64,000 nucleotides of DNA from NCBI RefSeq assembly GCF_021246445.1, contig NZ_JAJQXW010000004.1, positions 124,001 to 188,000 of the forward strand. The letters are read 5' to 3'. This DNA is from Rhabdothermincola salaria (GTDB taxonomy: Bacteria > Actinomycetota > Acidimicrobiia > Acidimicrobiales > Acidimicrobilacustridaceae). Position 1 is the first letter of the stretch. Every line of letters begins with the position of its first letter. Positions 36,846 through 47,156 of this stretch are shown piece by piece. The position numbers and the translations under genes were made by a program. Under the pieces are notes generated by a model. That model saw nothing but the letters and a program-made list of their open reading frames with translations. It was not told the origin of the DNA and searched no databases.

Positions 36846-37775
36846 TCAGCGCACCAGCAGCGACGCCCCGCCGGCGTCGTCGAGCAGGTGGCGGGCCAGC
36901 TCCCGCCCCAGGCGGGGCCCATCGGCGACGGCACCCCGACGCTGGTGGCGCAGCAGCACGTGGCCGTCCATCGACGCGAGGAGGGCCTCGACCATGATCC
37001 GGTCGGCGGCGGTGTCGACCACGGCGTGGGCCCCGGCGGGCAGGTCGCAGTCGCCGCCGAGCTCGGCCAGGAAGCCCCGCTCGGCATCGACCGCGGCCCG
37101 ACTGGGGCCGTGCTCCACCGCGGCCAGCAGCTCGCGGGAACGGGCGTCGTCGGCCCGGCATTCGACGGCCAGGGCGCCCTGGGCCACCTGCGGGAGCATG
37201 ACCGACGGGTCGAGCACCTCGACGACCCGGTCGGCCAGGTCGAGCTCGAGGCGCTCGACCGCGGCGGCGGCCATGACGATGGCGTCGAACGAGCCCGACT
37301 GGGCCAGACGGGTGGCGATGTTGCCGCGCAGGCCCCGGAAGGTGAGGTCGGGGCGCAGCCAGGCCAGCTGCGCCCGCCGGCGCACCGACCCGGTGGCCAC
37401 CACCGCGCCGGGCGGCAGGTCGGCCAGGCAGGTGCCGACCAGCACGTCGCGGGCGTCGGCCCGCTCGGGGACGGCACCGACCACCAACGCATCGGGGGTG
37501 AGGGCCGGGAGGTCCTTGCCCGAGTGCACGGCCAGGTCGGCTCGTCCGTCGAGCACCGCCGCCTGCACCTCCTTGACGAACACCCCCTTGCCGCCCATCT
37601 CCCAGATGGGGATGTCGAGGCGGGCATCGGCCACCGTCTGGACCACGACCGCCTCGACGGTGACCTCGACGCCGCGAGCGGCACCGGCCGCGGCCAGCAG
37701 GGCGGCGATGTGGTCGGTCTGCCATCGGGCCAGGGCGCTGCCCCTGGTGGCGGCGCGCAGGTGCACGGAGATCAC
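36846..37775 (-). CDS. hemC: Hydroxymethylbilane synthase
   Basis: ATRGSALARWQ, GGKGVFVKE, AVHSGKD, TGSVRR, RGNIATR, QGAL, GGDC. Confidence 0.95.
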   Translation of the reverse strand: MISVHLRAATRGSALARWQTDHIAALLAAAGAARGVEVTVEAVVVQTVADARLDIPIWEMGGKGVFVKEVQAAVLDGRADLAVHSGKDLPALTPDALVVGAVPERADARDVLVGTCLADLPPGAVVATGSVRRRAQLAWLRPDLTFRGLRGNIATRLAQSGSFDAIVMAAAAVERLELDLADRVVEVLDPSVMLPQVAQGALAVECRADDARSRELLAAVEHGPSRAAVDAERGFLAELGGDCDLPAGAHAVVDTAADRIMVEALLASMDGHVLLRHQRRGAVADGPRLGRELARHLLDDAGGASLLVR

Positions 37776-37785
37776 GGCGAGGGGC

Positions 37786-39045
37786 TCAGATGTCGAACAG
37801 GTCGCGCAGGGCCTCGGAGAGGCGTTCGCCCCTCGGCGAGCCTGCCGCGTCCTTGAGGTTGACCGTGGGCTCGTGGAGCAGCTTGGCCACGATGCCGCGG
37901 GTCAGGGCCTCGACGGCCTCGACCTGACGTTGGTCGAGGTCGCCCAGCCGGCCCCGGAAGCGATCGATCTCGGCCTGGCGGACGGCTTCGGCCTGGGCGC
38001 GCAGCGTGCCCACCAGCGGGGCCACCTCGCGGGCCGAGCTGAGGGCCACGTAGCGGTCGAGCTCGGCGGCCACCACGGCCTCGACGGCTTCGACCTCGCG
38101 TCGCCGCTCGGCCTGGCCGGCCTCGGCGAAGGCCCGCAGGTCGTCCATGTCGAGCAGGGTCACGCCGGGGAGGTCGGCGGCGCTGGGATCGACGTCGCGG
38201 GGCACGGCCACGTCGACCACGAGCAGGGGCCGGCCGGCCCGGGCATCCATCACCCGGGCGATGTCGGCGTGCTCGAGCAGCATCGAGGTGGCCCCGGTGC
38301 CGGTGAGCAACAGATCGACCTCGGCGAGGGAGGCGTCGAGGTCGGCGAGGCGGATGGCCCGCCCGTCGACGCGCTCGGCGATCTCCTGGGCCCGGTCCCA
38401 GGTGCGGTTGGCGATGCGGATGTCGTCGACGCCCTTGGTGCCGAGGGCTCGCACCATGCCCTCGCCCATCTCGCCGGCCCCGAGCACGAGGATGGCCCGG
38501 CCCTCGAGGGGCCCGAGGTGCTGGGCGGCCATGGCGACCGCCGCGGTGGACACGCTGGCCACGTGACGACCGATGCCGGTGTCGGTGCGCACCCGCTTGC
38601 CGACCTCGAGCGCATGGCGGAACAGCAGGTTGAGGCGAGCCCCGCAGGCACCCTCCTCCTGGGCCCGCTCCCACGCGACGCGCACCTGGCCGAGGATCTC
38701 GGCCTCGCCGACGACGGCGGAGTCGAGCCCGGCGGCCACGGTGAACAGGTGGGCGGCGGCGTCGGCGCCGTCGTGCACGTAGAGGTGCTCGGCGAACTCG
38801 TCGGGAGGAAGGAAGGCCAGCTCCGAGAGGAAGTTGCGCAGGTCGGCGTAGGCCGGGTGGAACTTCTCGGCGACGACGTAGACCTCGGTGCGGTTGCAGG
38901 TGGACAGCACCACCGCTTCGCTGAGGTGGTCGCGCGAGGTGACGTCGTGCAGGGCCTTGGGGAGACGGGCGTCGTCGATGGTGAGCCGCTCGAGGAGATC
39001 GAGCGGCACCGTGCGGTGGTTCAAGCCGATGACGACGACAGACAC
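37786..39045 (-). CDS. hemA: Glutamyl-tRNA reductase
   Basis: GLNHRT, STCNRTE, GLDSAVVGEAEILGQ, GAGEMG, DVAVPRD, KLLHEP. Confidence 0.96.
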   Translation of the reverse strand: MSVVVIGLNHRTVPLDLLERLTIDDARLPKALHDVTSRDHLSEAVVLSTCNRTEVYVVAEKFHPAYADLRNFLSELAFLPPDEFAEHLYVHDGADAAAHLFTVAAGLDSAVVGEAEILGQVRVAWERAQEEGACGARLNLLFRHALEVGKRVRTDTGIGRHVASVSTAAVAMAAQHLGPLEGRAILVLGAGEMGEGMVRALGTKGVDDIRIANRTWDRAQEIAERVDGRAIRLADLDASLAEVDLLLTGTGATSMLLEHADIARVMDARAGRPLLVVDVAVPRDVDPSAADLPGVTLLDMDDLRAFAEAGQAERRREVEAVEAVVAAELDRYVALSSAREVAPLVGTLRAQAEAVRQAEIDRFRGRLGDLDQRQVEAVEALTRGIVAKLLHEPTVNLKDAAGSPRGERLSEALRDLFDI

Positions 39046-39653
39046 GCCTTCAGGCGCTCCTTGGCTTCGGCGAGGCGGCCCTCGCGGATCAGTTCCAGCA
39101 TCCCTGAATCGAGCGCTCCCTGCCAGTCGAGGCCCTCGGTGGGACGCCCGTCACGCTGCAGACGGGCCCGCTCCTCGGAGAGCACGTCGATCAGGTCCAG
39201 GTACTCCGGACCGAACTCCGAGCTGAATCGCCGGCGCAACCAGGTGGCCAACGCCGGTGAACGGCCCCCCGTCGCGAAGGTGACCAGGAGGGGCCCCTGA
39301 CGCACCCGGCTGGGCAGGGTGAAGGCGCAGTTGGCCGGATCGTCGGCCGAGTTCACCCACACGCCGTGCTCCTCGCCCTCGAGGAAGACCTGCCGGTTGA
39401 CGGCGGGATCGTCGGTGGCGGTGATGGCCAGGCGGTACCCGGCCACCTCGCCCGACTCGTAGCGCCGGCGGTAGACGGTGAGGGGCAGCGCGGCCAGGTC
39501 GTCGACGACCTCGGGAGCCACGACGTCGACGACCGCCTCGCAGGCCACCAGCTCGGCCGCCTTCTGCCGGGCGACCGGGCCACCCCCGACGACGAGGCAC
39601 CGCCGGCCCGCGACCACCAGGTTCACCGGGTAGAGCGGCGCCTCGACCGGCAT
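39021..39653 (-). CDS. Precorrin-2 dehydrogenase/sirohydrochlorin ferrochelatase (SirC/Met8-like)
   Basis: YPVNL, VVGGGPVARQK, ATDD..VN, VNSADDP..C.F, TGGRSP. Confidence 0.92.
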   Translation of the reverse strand: MPVEAPLYPVNLVVAGRRCLVVGGGPVARQKAAELVACEAVVDVVAPEVVDDLAALPLTVYRRRYESGEVAGYRLAITATDDPAVNRQVFLEGEEHGVWVNSADDPANCAFTLPSRVRQGPLLVTFATGGRSPALATWLRRRFSSEFGPEYLDLIDVLSEERARLQRDGRPTEGLDWQGALDSGMLELIREGRLAEAKERLKACLSSSSA

Positions 39654-40339
39654 CAGCTCACCGTCTCGCGGGCGGCGCCGTTGTCGGACCGCTCGTCGGT
39701 GGCGCGAGCCTCGCGCTGGCGGTAGAAGCTCAGGATCTGCAGCTCGAGGGCCAGGTCGACCTTGCGCAGCGAGGCCCCGGTGGGGACGGTGACCACGGCC
39801 GGGGCGAAGTTGAGGATCGACGTGACCCCGGCCTCGACGAGGCGGTCGGCGACGTCCTGGGCCACCGAAGCGGGCGTGGCCACGATGCCGATGGCGATCT
39901 TGCGGTCGGCGACGAGATCGGGGAGCTCGTCGATGTGGTGGATGCGGTGCTCGCCGAGCACGGTGCCCACCTTGGTGGGGTCGGCGTCGATGAGGGCGGC
40001 GACGGGGAAGCCGCGGTCGCCGAAGCCGGCGTAGTTGGCCAGGGCGGCACCGAGGTTGCCCATGCCGACGATGGCGACGGGTGAGTCCTCGGTGAGGCCC
40101 AGCTCTCGGCTCATCTGGAACAGCAGGTACTCGACGTCGTAGCCCACCCCTCGGGTGCCGTAGGTCCCCAGGTAGGAGAGGTCCTTGCGCACCTTGGCGG
40201 CGTTGACGCCGGCGAGCTCGGCCAGGCGCTCCGACGAGATGGTGGCGGTCTGGGCGTCGCGGAGCTCGACCAGGGTGCGCAGGTAGACCGGCAGGCGGGC
40301 GACGGTGGCTTCGGGGATGCGTCGTCGGGAGCGGTCCAC
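39653..40339 (-). CDS. rex: Redox-sensing repressor Rex
   Basis: IPEATVARLPVY, VRKDLSYLG.YG.RGVGY, GMGNLG, ILNFAP. Confidence 0.96.
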   Translation of the reverse strand: MDRSRRRIPEATVARLPVYLRTLVELRDAQTATISSERLAELAGVNAAKVRKDLSYLGTYGTRGVGYDVEYLLFQMSRELGLTEDSPVAIVGMGNLGAALANYAGFGDRGFPVAALIDADPTKVGTVLGEHRIHHIDELPDLVADRKIAIGIVATPASVAQDVADRLVEAGVTSILNFAPAVVTVPTGASLRKVDLALELQILSFYRQREARATDERSDNGAARETVS

Positions 40340-40359
40340 GGGGGCTGACGCTAGTGACC

Positions 40360-40377
40360 TCGTGCCCGCGTTCACAA
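40360..40377. promoter_or_regulatory. Rex operator (ROP) upstream of rex
   Basis: TCGTGCCCGCGTTCACAA versus consensus TTGTGAA-N4-TTCACAA; right half-site perfect. Confidence 0.8.
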
Positions 40378-40420
40378 AGTCACACGCTCGCGGGTCGGCG
40401 GCCACGGCCCGATCGGACGC

Positions 40421-41893
40421 TCAGTGCAGGGCCCGCCGCAGGACCTTGCCGGTGAGCCCCACCGGGAGGGCGTCCACCACGTGGACCGCCGAGGGGCACT
40501 TGTACCGGGGCAGCGAGCGGCGGCAGAACTCGCGCAGCTCGTCGGGGTCGAGGACCGTGCCGGGCGCGGGCACCACCCAGGCCTTGACCGCCTCGCCGGT
40601 GGCGGAATCGGGCACACCGGTCACGGCCACGGCCTCGATGTCGGGGTGCTCGCCGAGGACGTCCTCGACCTCGGCGGGGAAGACGTTGAACCCCGACACG
40701 AGGATCAGCTCCTTGGCCCGGTCGACGAGGAAGAGGTGGCCCTCGCCGTCGACGACCGCCAGGTCGCCGGTGCGCAGCCACCCGTCGGGGGTGAGCGCCC
40801 GAGCGGTGGCCTCGGGGTCGTTCCAGTACCCCGGGAAGACGTTGTCGCCGCGGACCCACAGCTCGCCGGGGTCGTCCTGCAGGGACGGTTCGCCGTCGGC
40901 GTCGACCAGGCGCACCTCGATGCCGGGCAGCGGGACCCCGATCGACCCGTACGGCGAGTCGGTGCCGGTGGAGGCGGTGACGACGGGCGATGTCTCGGTG
41001 AGCCCGTAGCCCTCGTCGAGGTGGACGCCGAAGCGGGACTCGAAGCGCTCGGCCACCTCGACGGGCAGCTTGGCGGCGCCGGACGTGGCCACCCGCACCG
41101 AGGCGAGCGCGTCGTCGGGCGCCGACTCGAGCTCGAGCCAGGCCTTCCACATGGCGGGCGCCCCGGCGATGTGGGTGACGTGGTGGCGGCGCACCAGCTC
41201 GAGCGTGCCCACGGGGTCGAACCGGGGAGCCAGCACCACCGTCGACCCGGTGCGCAACCCGAGGTGCAGGACCACGTTGAGACCGAACACGTGGAACAAG
41301 GGGAGCACCCCGAGCGCCACGTCGCCGGGCTGGGGCAGCCGCTCGGGGACCTCCGCCACCTGGTCGAGGTTGGTGATGAGGTTGCCGTGGGTGAGCATGG
41401 CCGGCCTCGGCACCCCGACCGTGCCGCTGGTGAACAACAGCACCGCCAGGTCGGACGGGGACCGGTCGACCACGTCCACGGGGTCGGCGGCGGCCAGCTC
41501 CTCCCACCGCTGCTCGTCGGCGGAGATGACGTGCTCGAGCTCGGGCAGCGATTCCCGGTCGAGGCCGGCCACCGCCGCCGAGGCCCGCCCGGCCACCAGC
41601 ACCGATGCCCCGGTGAGGCGCAGCTCGTGGGCCAGTGCCGCGGCGGGCGACGCCGCGTTGAGCGGCACGCTGATGGCACCCAGGCCCATGACCGCCAGAT
41701 GGGTGACGACGAAGAGCAGGTCGGTGCCCGAGACGATGGCGACCCGGTCGCCGGGCTCGACGCCGAGGGCGCGCAGCCCTCCACGGGCGCGACCGGTCAG
41801 GTCGCGCAGCTCGCCGAAGGTCACATGACGGTCGCCCACCACCAGGGCGACGGCGTCGGCGGGGTGGGGGTCGACGATGGAGGCCAGGTTCAC
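40421..41893 (-). CDS. AMP-dependent acyl-CoA synthetase (long-chain fatty acid-CoA ligase-like)
   Basis: FTSGTVGVPR, LPLFHVFG, EGYGLTE, GWLRTGD, SGFNVFPAEVE, TGKV. Confidence 0.92.
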   Translation of the reverse strand: MNLASIVDPHPADAVALVVGDRHVTFGELRDLTGRARGGLRALGVEPGDRVAIVSGTDLLFVVTHLAVMGLGAISVPLNAASPAAALAHELRLTGASVLVAGRASAAVAGLDRESLPELEHVISADEQRWEELAAADPVDVVDRSPSDLAVLLFTSGTVGVPRPAMLTHGNLITNLDQVAEVPERLPQPGDVALGVLPLFHVFGLNVVLHLGLRTGSTVVLAPRFDPVGTLELVRRHHVTHIAGAPAMWKAWLELESAPDDALASVRVATSGAAKLPVEVAERFESRFGVHLDEGYGLTETSPVVTASTGTDSPYGSIGVPLPGIEVRLVDADGEPSLQDDPGELWVRGDNVFPGYWNDPEATARALTPDGWLRTGDLAVVDGEGHLFLVDRAKELILVSGFNVFPAEVEDVLGEHPDIEAVAVTGVPDSATGEAVKAWVVPAPGTVLDPDELREFCRRSLPRYKCPSAVHVVDALPVGLTGKVLRRALH

Positions 41894-42042
41894 GTCCGGG
41901 GCCTCCCCCCTCGCGTCCGACGACGCCCGATGGGCGCAGCTCCCTGGGCGTTCCCGCCCGGGGTGACCACAGTAGCCACCCGACGCGAGGCCGGATCGTT
42001 CCAGTCCCGGGTCCCATCGGCCGATGGGGAGGAGGAGGATCC

Positions 42043-42782
42043 ATGCGGGCAGCAGCGACACCACGACAGCGATCGGTACCGGGCCGCCTCGTCGCGCTCG
42101 CCCTGCTCGTCGTCCTCCTGGTCCTGGCCACGACGTTCGCCCCGTCCGGCACCCCTGGTCCCGCACCCGCCCACGCCGGCAGCGGCGACGTCGGCCAGTA
42201 CCTCGGCCTGCTCAACCAGGCCCGGGCCCGGGCCGGCGTGGCGCCGCTGACCCTCGACGGCGAGCTCTCGGGCACGGCCCAGGGCTGGGCCGGACAGCTC
42301 GCCTCGTGGGGGCGACTCCAGCACGCCTCGGACCTGTCGATCGGGGTCAGCCAGCCCTGGGTGAAGCTGGGCGAGAACGTGGGTCGCGGCCCCAGCACCG
42401 GCGTGATCTTCGACGCCTTCCTGGCCAGCCCCACCCACTACCGCAACATCGTCGACGGCTCCTTCACCCGGGTGGGCATCGGGGTGGTGTGGTCGGGCGA
42501 CACCCAGTACGTCACCCACCGCTTCCTGGCCCCGGGCGGCGGCCGACCTCCTGCACCTCCACCGCCACCTCCGCCGCCGTCACCACCGCCGTCGCCCTCG
42601 CCGGCCACGGGAGGCGAGTCGAACGGCGGCAGCGGCGCGGGGACGACCGCCTCAGCCGGAGCCCCGGCGACCGCCGAGGAACCACCACCGCCGCCGCCAC
42701 CCGGTCCCGGCGACCCCGTCCGCGCCGCCTCCGTCCTCGACGCGCTGCGCGCCCTCGACGGCTCCGCCGCCAGACTGGGCCG

Positions 42783-42786
<4 letters not shown>
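42043..42786 (+). CDS. Secreted CAP (SCP) domain protein with proline-rich tail
   Basis: Signal peptide; LLNQARA.AG.APL, LQH, GENVG, SPTHYRNI, RVGIGV; poly-Pro. Confidence 0.85.
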
Positions 42787-43768
<982 letters not shown>

Positions 43769-43772
<4 letters not shown>

Positions 43773-44584
43773 TCGGCGTCGACTGGCGGGCGGTCTGGAC
43801 GATCGTCGGTCGCGACATCCGCGCCGTCCGGCGCTCCAAGGCCATCGTGTTGCCCATGGTGCTGGTGCCCACCGTGTTGCTGGTGGCGATGCCGCTCAGC
43901 ATCGGGCTCCTGGCCCGCTCCGCCCCCACCACCCGGGTCGAGAGCGCGCTGCGCTCCCCCCTCATCGAGCGCCTGGCCGAGCCCATCCTCGCCCTGCCCC
44001 AGGACGAGCAGCTGCTCGTGCTGGTGCTGGGCTACCTGCTCGCCCCCCTGCTGTTGGTCATCCCCCTCATGGTCTCCGCGGTGCTGGCCGCCGACGCCTT
44101 CGCCGGTGAGAAGGAACGGCGCACCCTCGAGGTGGTCCTGCACCTGCCCATCTCGGATCGCGACCTGTTCATCGCCAAGGTGCTCACCGCCTTCCTCCCG
44201 GCCGTGGCCATCACCTGGATCGGCGCCCTGCTCTACTCGGTGATCGGCGACCTCGTCGCCTGGCCCCTGCTCGAACGCGTCTTCCTGCCCTACGGGCAGT
44301 TCGCAGTGATGGTGCTGTGGGTGGCCCCGGCCATGGCCCTGCTGGCCCTCGGGCTGTTGGTCGTGGTGTCCTCCCGGGCCCGCACCACCCAGGAGGCCAA
44401 CCAGCTCGGTGGCGCGGTGATCCTGCCGCTGATCTTCCTGGCCGCGGCGCAGGCGTCGACGCTGTTGTTGATGCCGGTGCTCGGCGTGGTGGCCGCCGGC
44501 GCCGCCCTGTGGGCGTTGGCGGCGCTGCTGTTGGTGGTGAACGGCCGACGCTTCACCCGGGATCGCCTGGCGGCCCGCGTCTGA
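43769..44584 (+). CDS. ABC-2 type exporter permease
   Basis: Multiple TMs, FAGEKERRTLE motif; GTGA overlap. Confidence 0.88.
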
Positions 44585-44605
44585 CGACACGCGTCACCCG
44601 ACCGC

Positions 44606-44695
44606 TCAGCGGGCGAACACGAACAGCTGCAGGGTGGCGGCGATCAAGATGGCGAGCAGGAGCACGCCGAGGGTGATGACGGTGCCGGGCCTCAT
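44606..44695 (-). CDS. 29-aa single-TM small protein (MRPGTVITLGVLLLAILIAATLQLFVFAR)
   Basis: SD GAGGAGG, ATGA coupling to the DUF62 stop, clean hydrophobic helix. Confidence 0.7.
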   Translation of the reverse strand: MRPGTVITLGVLLLAILIAATLQLFVFAR

Positions 44696-45579
44696 GGCTG
44701 GGCCTCCTCGCCGCTGACGCGGCGCATGGTGAGGGTGACCGAGGTGGACGTGCCTCGGGCGGTGGTGTCGTCGTCGAGGGCGCGGATGACGACCTGGGAA
44801 CCGGCGACGAGGTCGAGCCGGCCGGCGGCGGAGTCGCGGTCGAGGGCGAGGGCCATCAGCCCGTAGCTGTCGACGATCAGGCCGATCTCGCCGGCCCCGA
44901 CCTCGGCGAAGGTGCGAGCCCGCCGGGCGGTGCGCAGGGTGCCGTCGAGCTCGACGGCCACCTGGTCGTCGTGGCCCTCGAGCTCTTCGGGCTCGACGTT
45001 GAGCTGGGCGTTGCCGTAGCGGTCGACCCACAGGACCTCGGCGATGATCTCGCTGCCCTCCTCGCGAGAGAGGGGCACCAGGCCGGGCATCAGCGACGCC
45101 GGCTCGAGCAGGGGGCCCAGCTCGGTGAGCTCGACGCCGTTGCACAGGTGGGCGGCCGCGGGGGCGAAGACATCGCGACCGTCGAAGGTCGCCGCCCCCG
45201 TGTCGAGGCGGTGCTCGGGCGACACGAGCTCCACCGCCCGGGTGGCGCCCCCGCACATGGCCACCGCGGGGGCGAGCAGGCCGTTGTCGGGGCCGACCAG
45301 CACCGAGGCACCGTCGCCCACCTCGACGGCGATGGGGCGGCGGGTGGTGCCGACCGCGGGGTCGACCACCGCGACCACCACCCCCGGGGCCAGGAAGGGG
45401 ACGCTGCGGGCGAGGGCCAGGGCCCCGGCGCGCACGTCGTAGGGGGCGATGTCGTGGGTGAGGTCGATCACCCGCACGTCGGGGGCGATGGATCGGATGA
45501 CCGAGTGCACGACCCCGACGAACTCGTCGGTGCGGCCGTAGTCGGAGAGGAAGGTGACGGTGTCGAAGGGGGGCGCCAT
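44692..45579 (-). CDS. SAM hydroxide adenosyltransferase / halogenase (DUF62) family
   Basis: FLSDYG, DLTHDI, VVDPAVGTTRR, GPDNGLL, TFDGRDVFAP, VDRYGN. Confidence 0.9.
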   Translation of the reverse strand: MAPPFDTVTFLSDYGRTDEFVGVVHSVIRSIAPDVRVIDLTHDIAPYDVRAGALALARSVPFLAPGVVVAVVDPAVGTTRRPIAVEVGDGASVLVGPDNGLLAPAVAMCGGATRAVELVSPEHRLDTGAATFDGRDVFAPAAAHLCNGVELTELGPLLEPASLMPGLVPLSREEGSEIIAEVLWVDRYGNAQLNVEPEELEGHDDQVAVELDGTLRTARRARTFAEVGAGEIGLIVDSYGLMALALDRDSAAGRLDLVAGSQVVIRALDDDTTARGTSTSVTLTMRRVSGEEAQP

Positions 45580-45662
45580 GGCGGGGTCGAGGCTACCGGC
45601 GGGCCCGTCGAGGTCCCCAACGGGGGCGGCCCGACGCCCTGGCCGGTCGGGCCCGGCCGGTG

Positions 45663-46451
45663 CTATCGGCCGAGCTCTCTGGAGCGCTCGGTCGCGGCCT
45701 TCACTGCGTCGAGGATGGCCGCCCGCAAGCCGCCGGACTCGAGGGCGTGCAAGCCGGCCGCGGTGGTTCCTCCGGGCGAGGTGACGCCCGCCCGCAGGGC
45801 GGCGGCGTGCTCGTCGCTCGACTCGAGCAACCGGCCCGAGCCCAACAGGGTCTGCACCGCCAGCACCTCGGCCACCTCGCGCGACAGCCCCACCAGGACC
45901 CCGGCCTCGATGAGGCTCTCGGCCACGAGGAAGACGTAGGCCGGGCCCGAACCGGACAGGCCGGTGACGGCGTCGAGCTGCCCCTCCGACACCCGTACGA
46001 CGACACCGACCGCGTCGAGCACCGAGGCCGCCCAGTCCAGGTCGTCGTCGCCCGCACTGATGCCGCCGGCGATGGCCGACGCCCCGGCGCCGACCACCGC
46101 GGGCGTGTTGGGCATGGCCCGCACCACGGCGATGCCCGCACCGAGGGCCGCCTCGAGGGCCCCGGTGGTGACCCCGGCGGCGATGGACAGCACTCGTCGG
46201 GCACCGGCCAGGGCGATCTCCTGCGCGGTCTCGGCTGCGTCGGTGGGCTTCACGGCCAGCACCGCGCCCTCGCAGGCCGTGGGCCGTTCGAGCACGGCCA
46301 CCCCCGGGAACCCCTCGGCCAGGTCGCGCCGTCGGGCGTCGAGACGTTCGACCACGGCCAGCTCGGAGGCCTCGGCCCACCCGGCACCGAGCAAGCCGGC
46401 CAGGAGGGCCTCGCCCATGCGGCCGCCACCGACGATCTGCAGTCTCACCAT
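45663..46451 (-). CDS. proC: Pyrroline-5-carboxylate reductase
   Basis: GGGRMG, LAVKP, RAMPNTP, SGSGPAY, VTSPGGTT. Confidence 0.96.
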   Translation of the reverse strand: MVRLQIVGGGRMGEALLAGLLGAGWAEASELAVVERLDARRRDLAEGFPGVAVLERPTACEGAVLAVKPTDAAETAQEIALAGARRVLSIAAGVTTGALEAALGAGIAVVRAMPNTPAVVGAGASAIAGGISAGDDDLDWAASVLDAVGVVVRVSEGQLDAVTGLSGSGPAYVFLVAESLIEAGVLVGLSREVAEVLAVQTLLGSGRLLESSDEHAAALRAGVTSPGGTTAAGLHALESGGLRAAILDAVKAATERSRELGR

Positions 46452-46650
46452 GGTCGCCGACGCTACCGTCCGGACCGGGGAGGCCCGGGGCCTTTCCGGT
46501 CAGCGCGGCCGTGCCCGGGACCCGGACCCGTCTTCCCCGATCAGGTCCCGCTCCCGGGCACGCCGCTCACCGTAGGACAGCGCCGGTCCGAGAACAAGGA
46601 AAAACATCGAAACAGCACGAGATGTCCTCAGGCAGCGGCGCCGAGGCCGG

Positions 46651-47127
46651 TCAGCCCTCGGGGGCGTCCCCGAAGCGGGAGGCGTACCCGATGCGCAGCG
46701 CCGGCAGGAAGCACTGCTCCACGTAGGCGTAGAGCGAGCCCAGGATCCGATCGAGCTCACCGTCGTCGACGGCGTGCACGCCCAGGCTGCCCTCGAGGAA
46801 CACCGCGTCCTCGGCGCCGATGGTGAACGCCGCGCCGGTGAGCTTGTGGTTGCGGCGCAGCAGGTGCTCGTAGAAGGCGGCGTGGTTCTCCTCGGGGGCC
46901 GGCATCACGTAGGTCTCGTAGTGCAGGGTCCGCTGGCGCAGGGTGAACCAGATCGAGAACACGTCCTTGGACTCGCCGAGGACCCGCACGTACCACCGGC
47001 GCTCGCCCGGCTCGCCCCGTTCGACGGCGGCCACCACCGGGTTCTCGTCCAACTGCGCCGCCAGCCACCCGTCGATCAGATCCTCGAGCGCATCGAGGGT
47101 GGCGGGGTCGGCGATCTCGTCGGCCAT
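46651..47127 (-). CDS. YbjN-like (T3S chaperone-fold) protein
   Basis: P.ENH..FYEHLLRRN, LDRILG, LRIGY; usual actinobacterial position downstream of mshA. Confidence 0.8.
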   Translation of the reverse strand: MADEIADPATLDALEDLIDGWLAAQLDENPVVAAVERGEPGERRWYVRVLGESKDVFSIWFTLRQRTLHYETYVMPAPEENHAAFYEHLLRRNHKLTGAAFTIGAEDAVFLEGSLGVHAVDDGELDRILGSLYAYVEQCFLPALRIGYASRFGDAPEG

Positions 47128-47156
47128 GGGAGCTCCCTGGGCGGTGGGCGCTGGCG

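Noticed and set aside
44692..45579. True fluorinase or chlorinase
   Set aside because: Retains the DUF62 VVDP..G..RR motif, lacks the halogenase Tyr motif, and has no secondary-metabolite context
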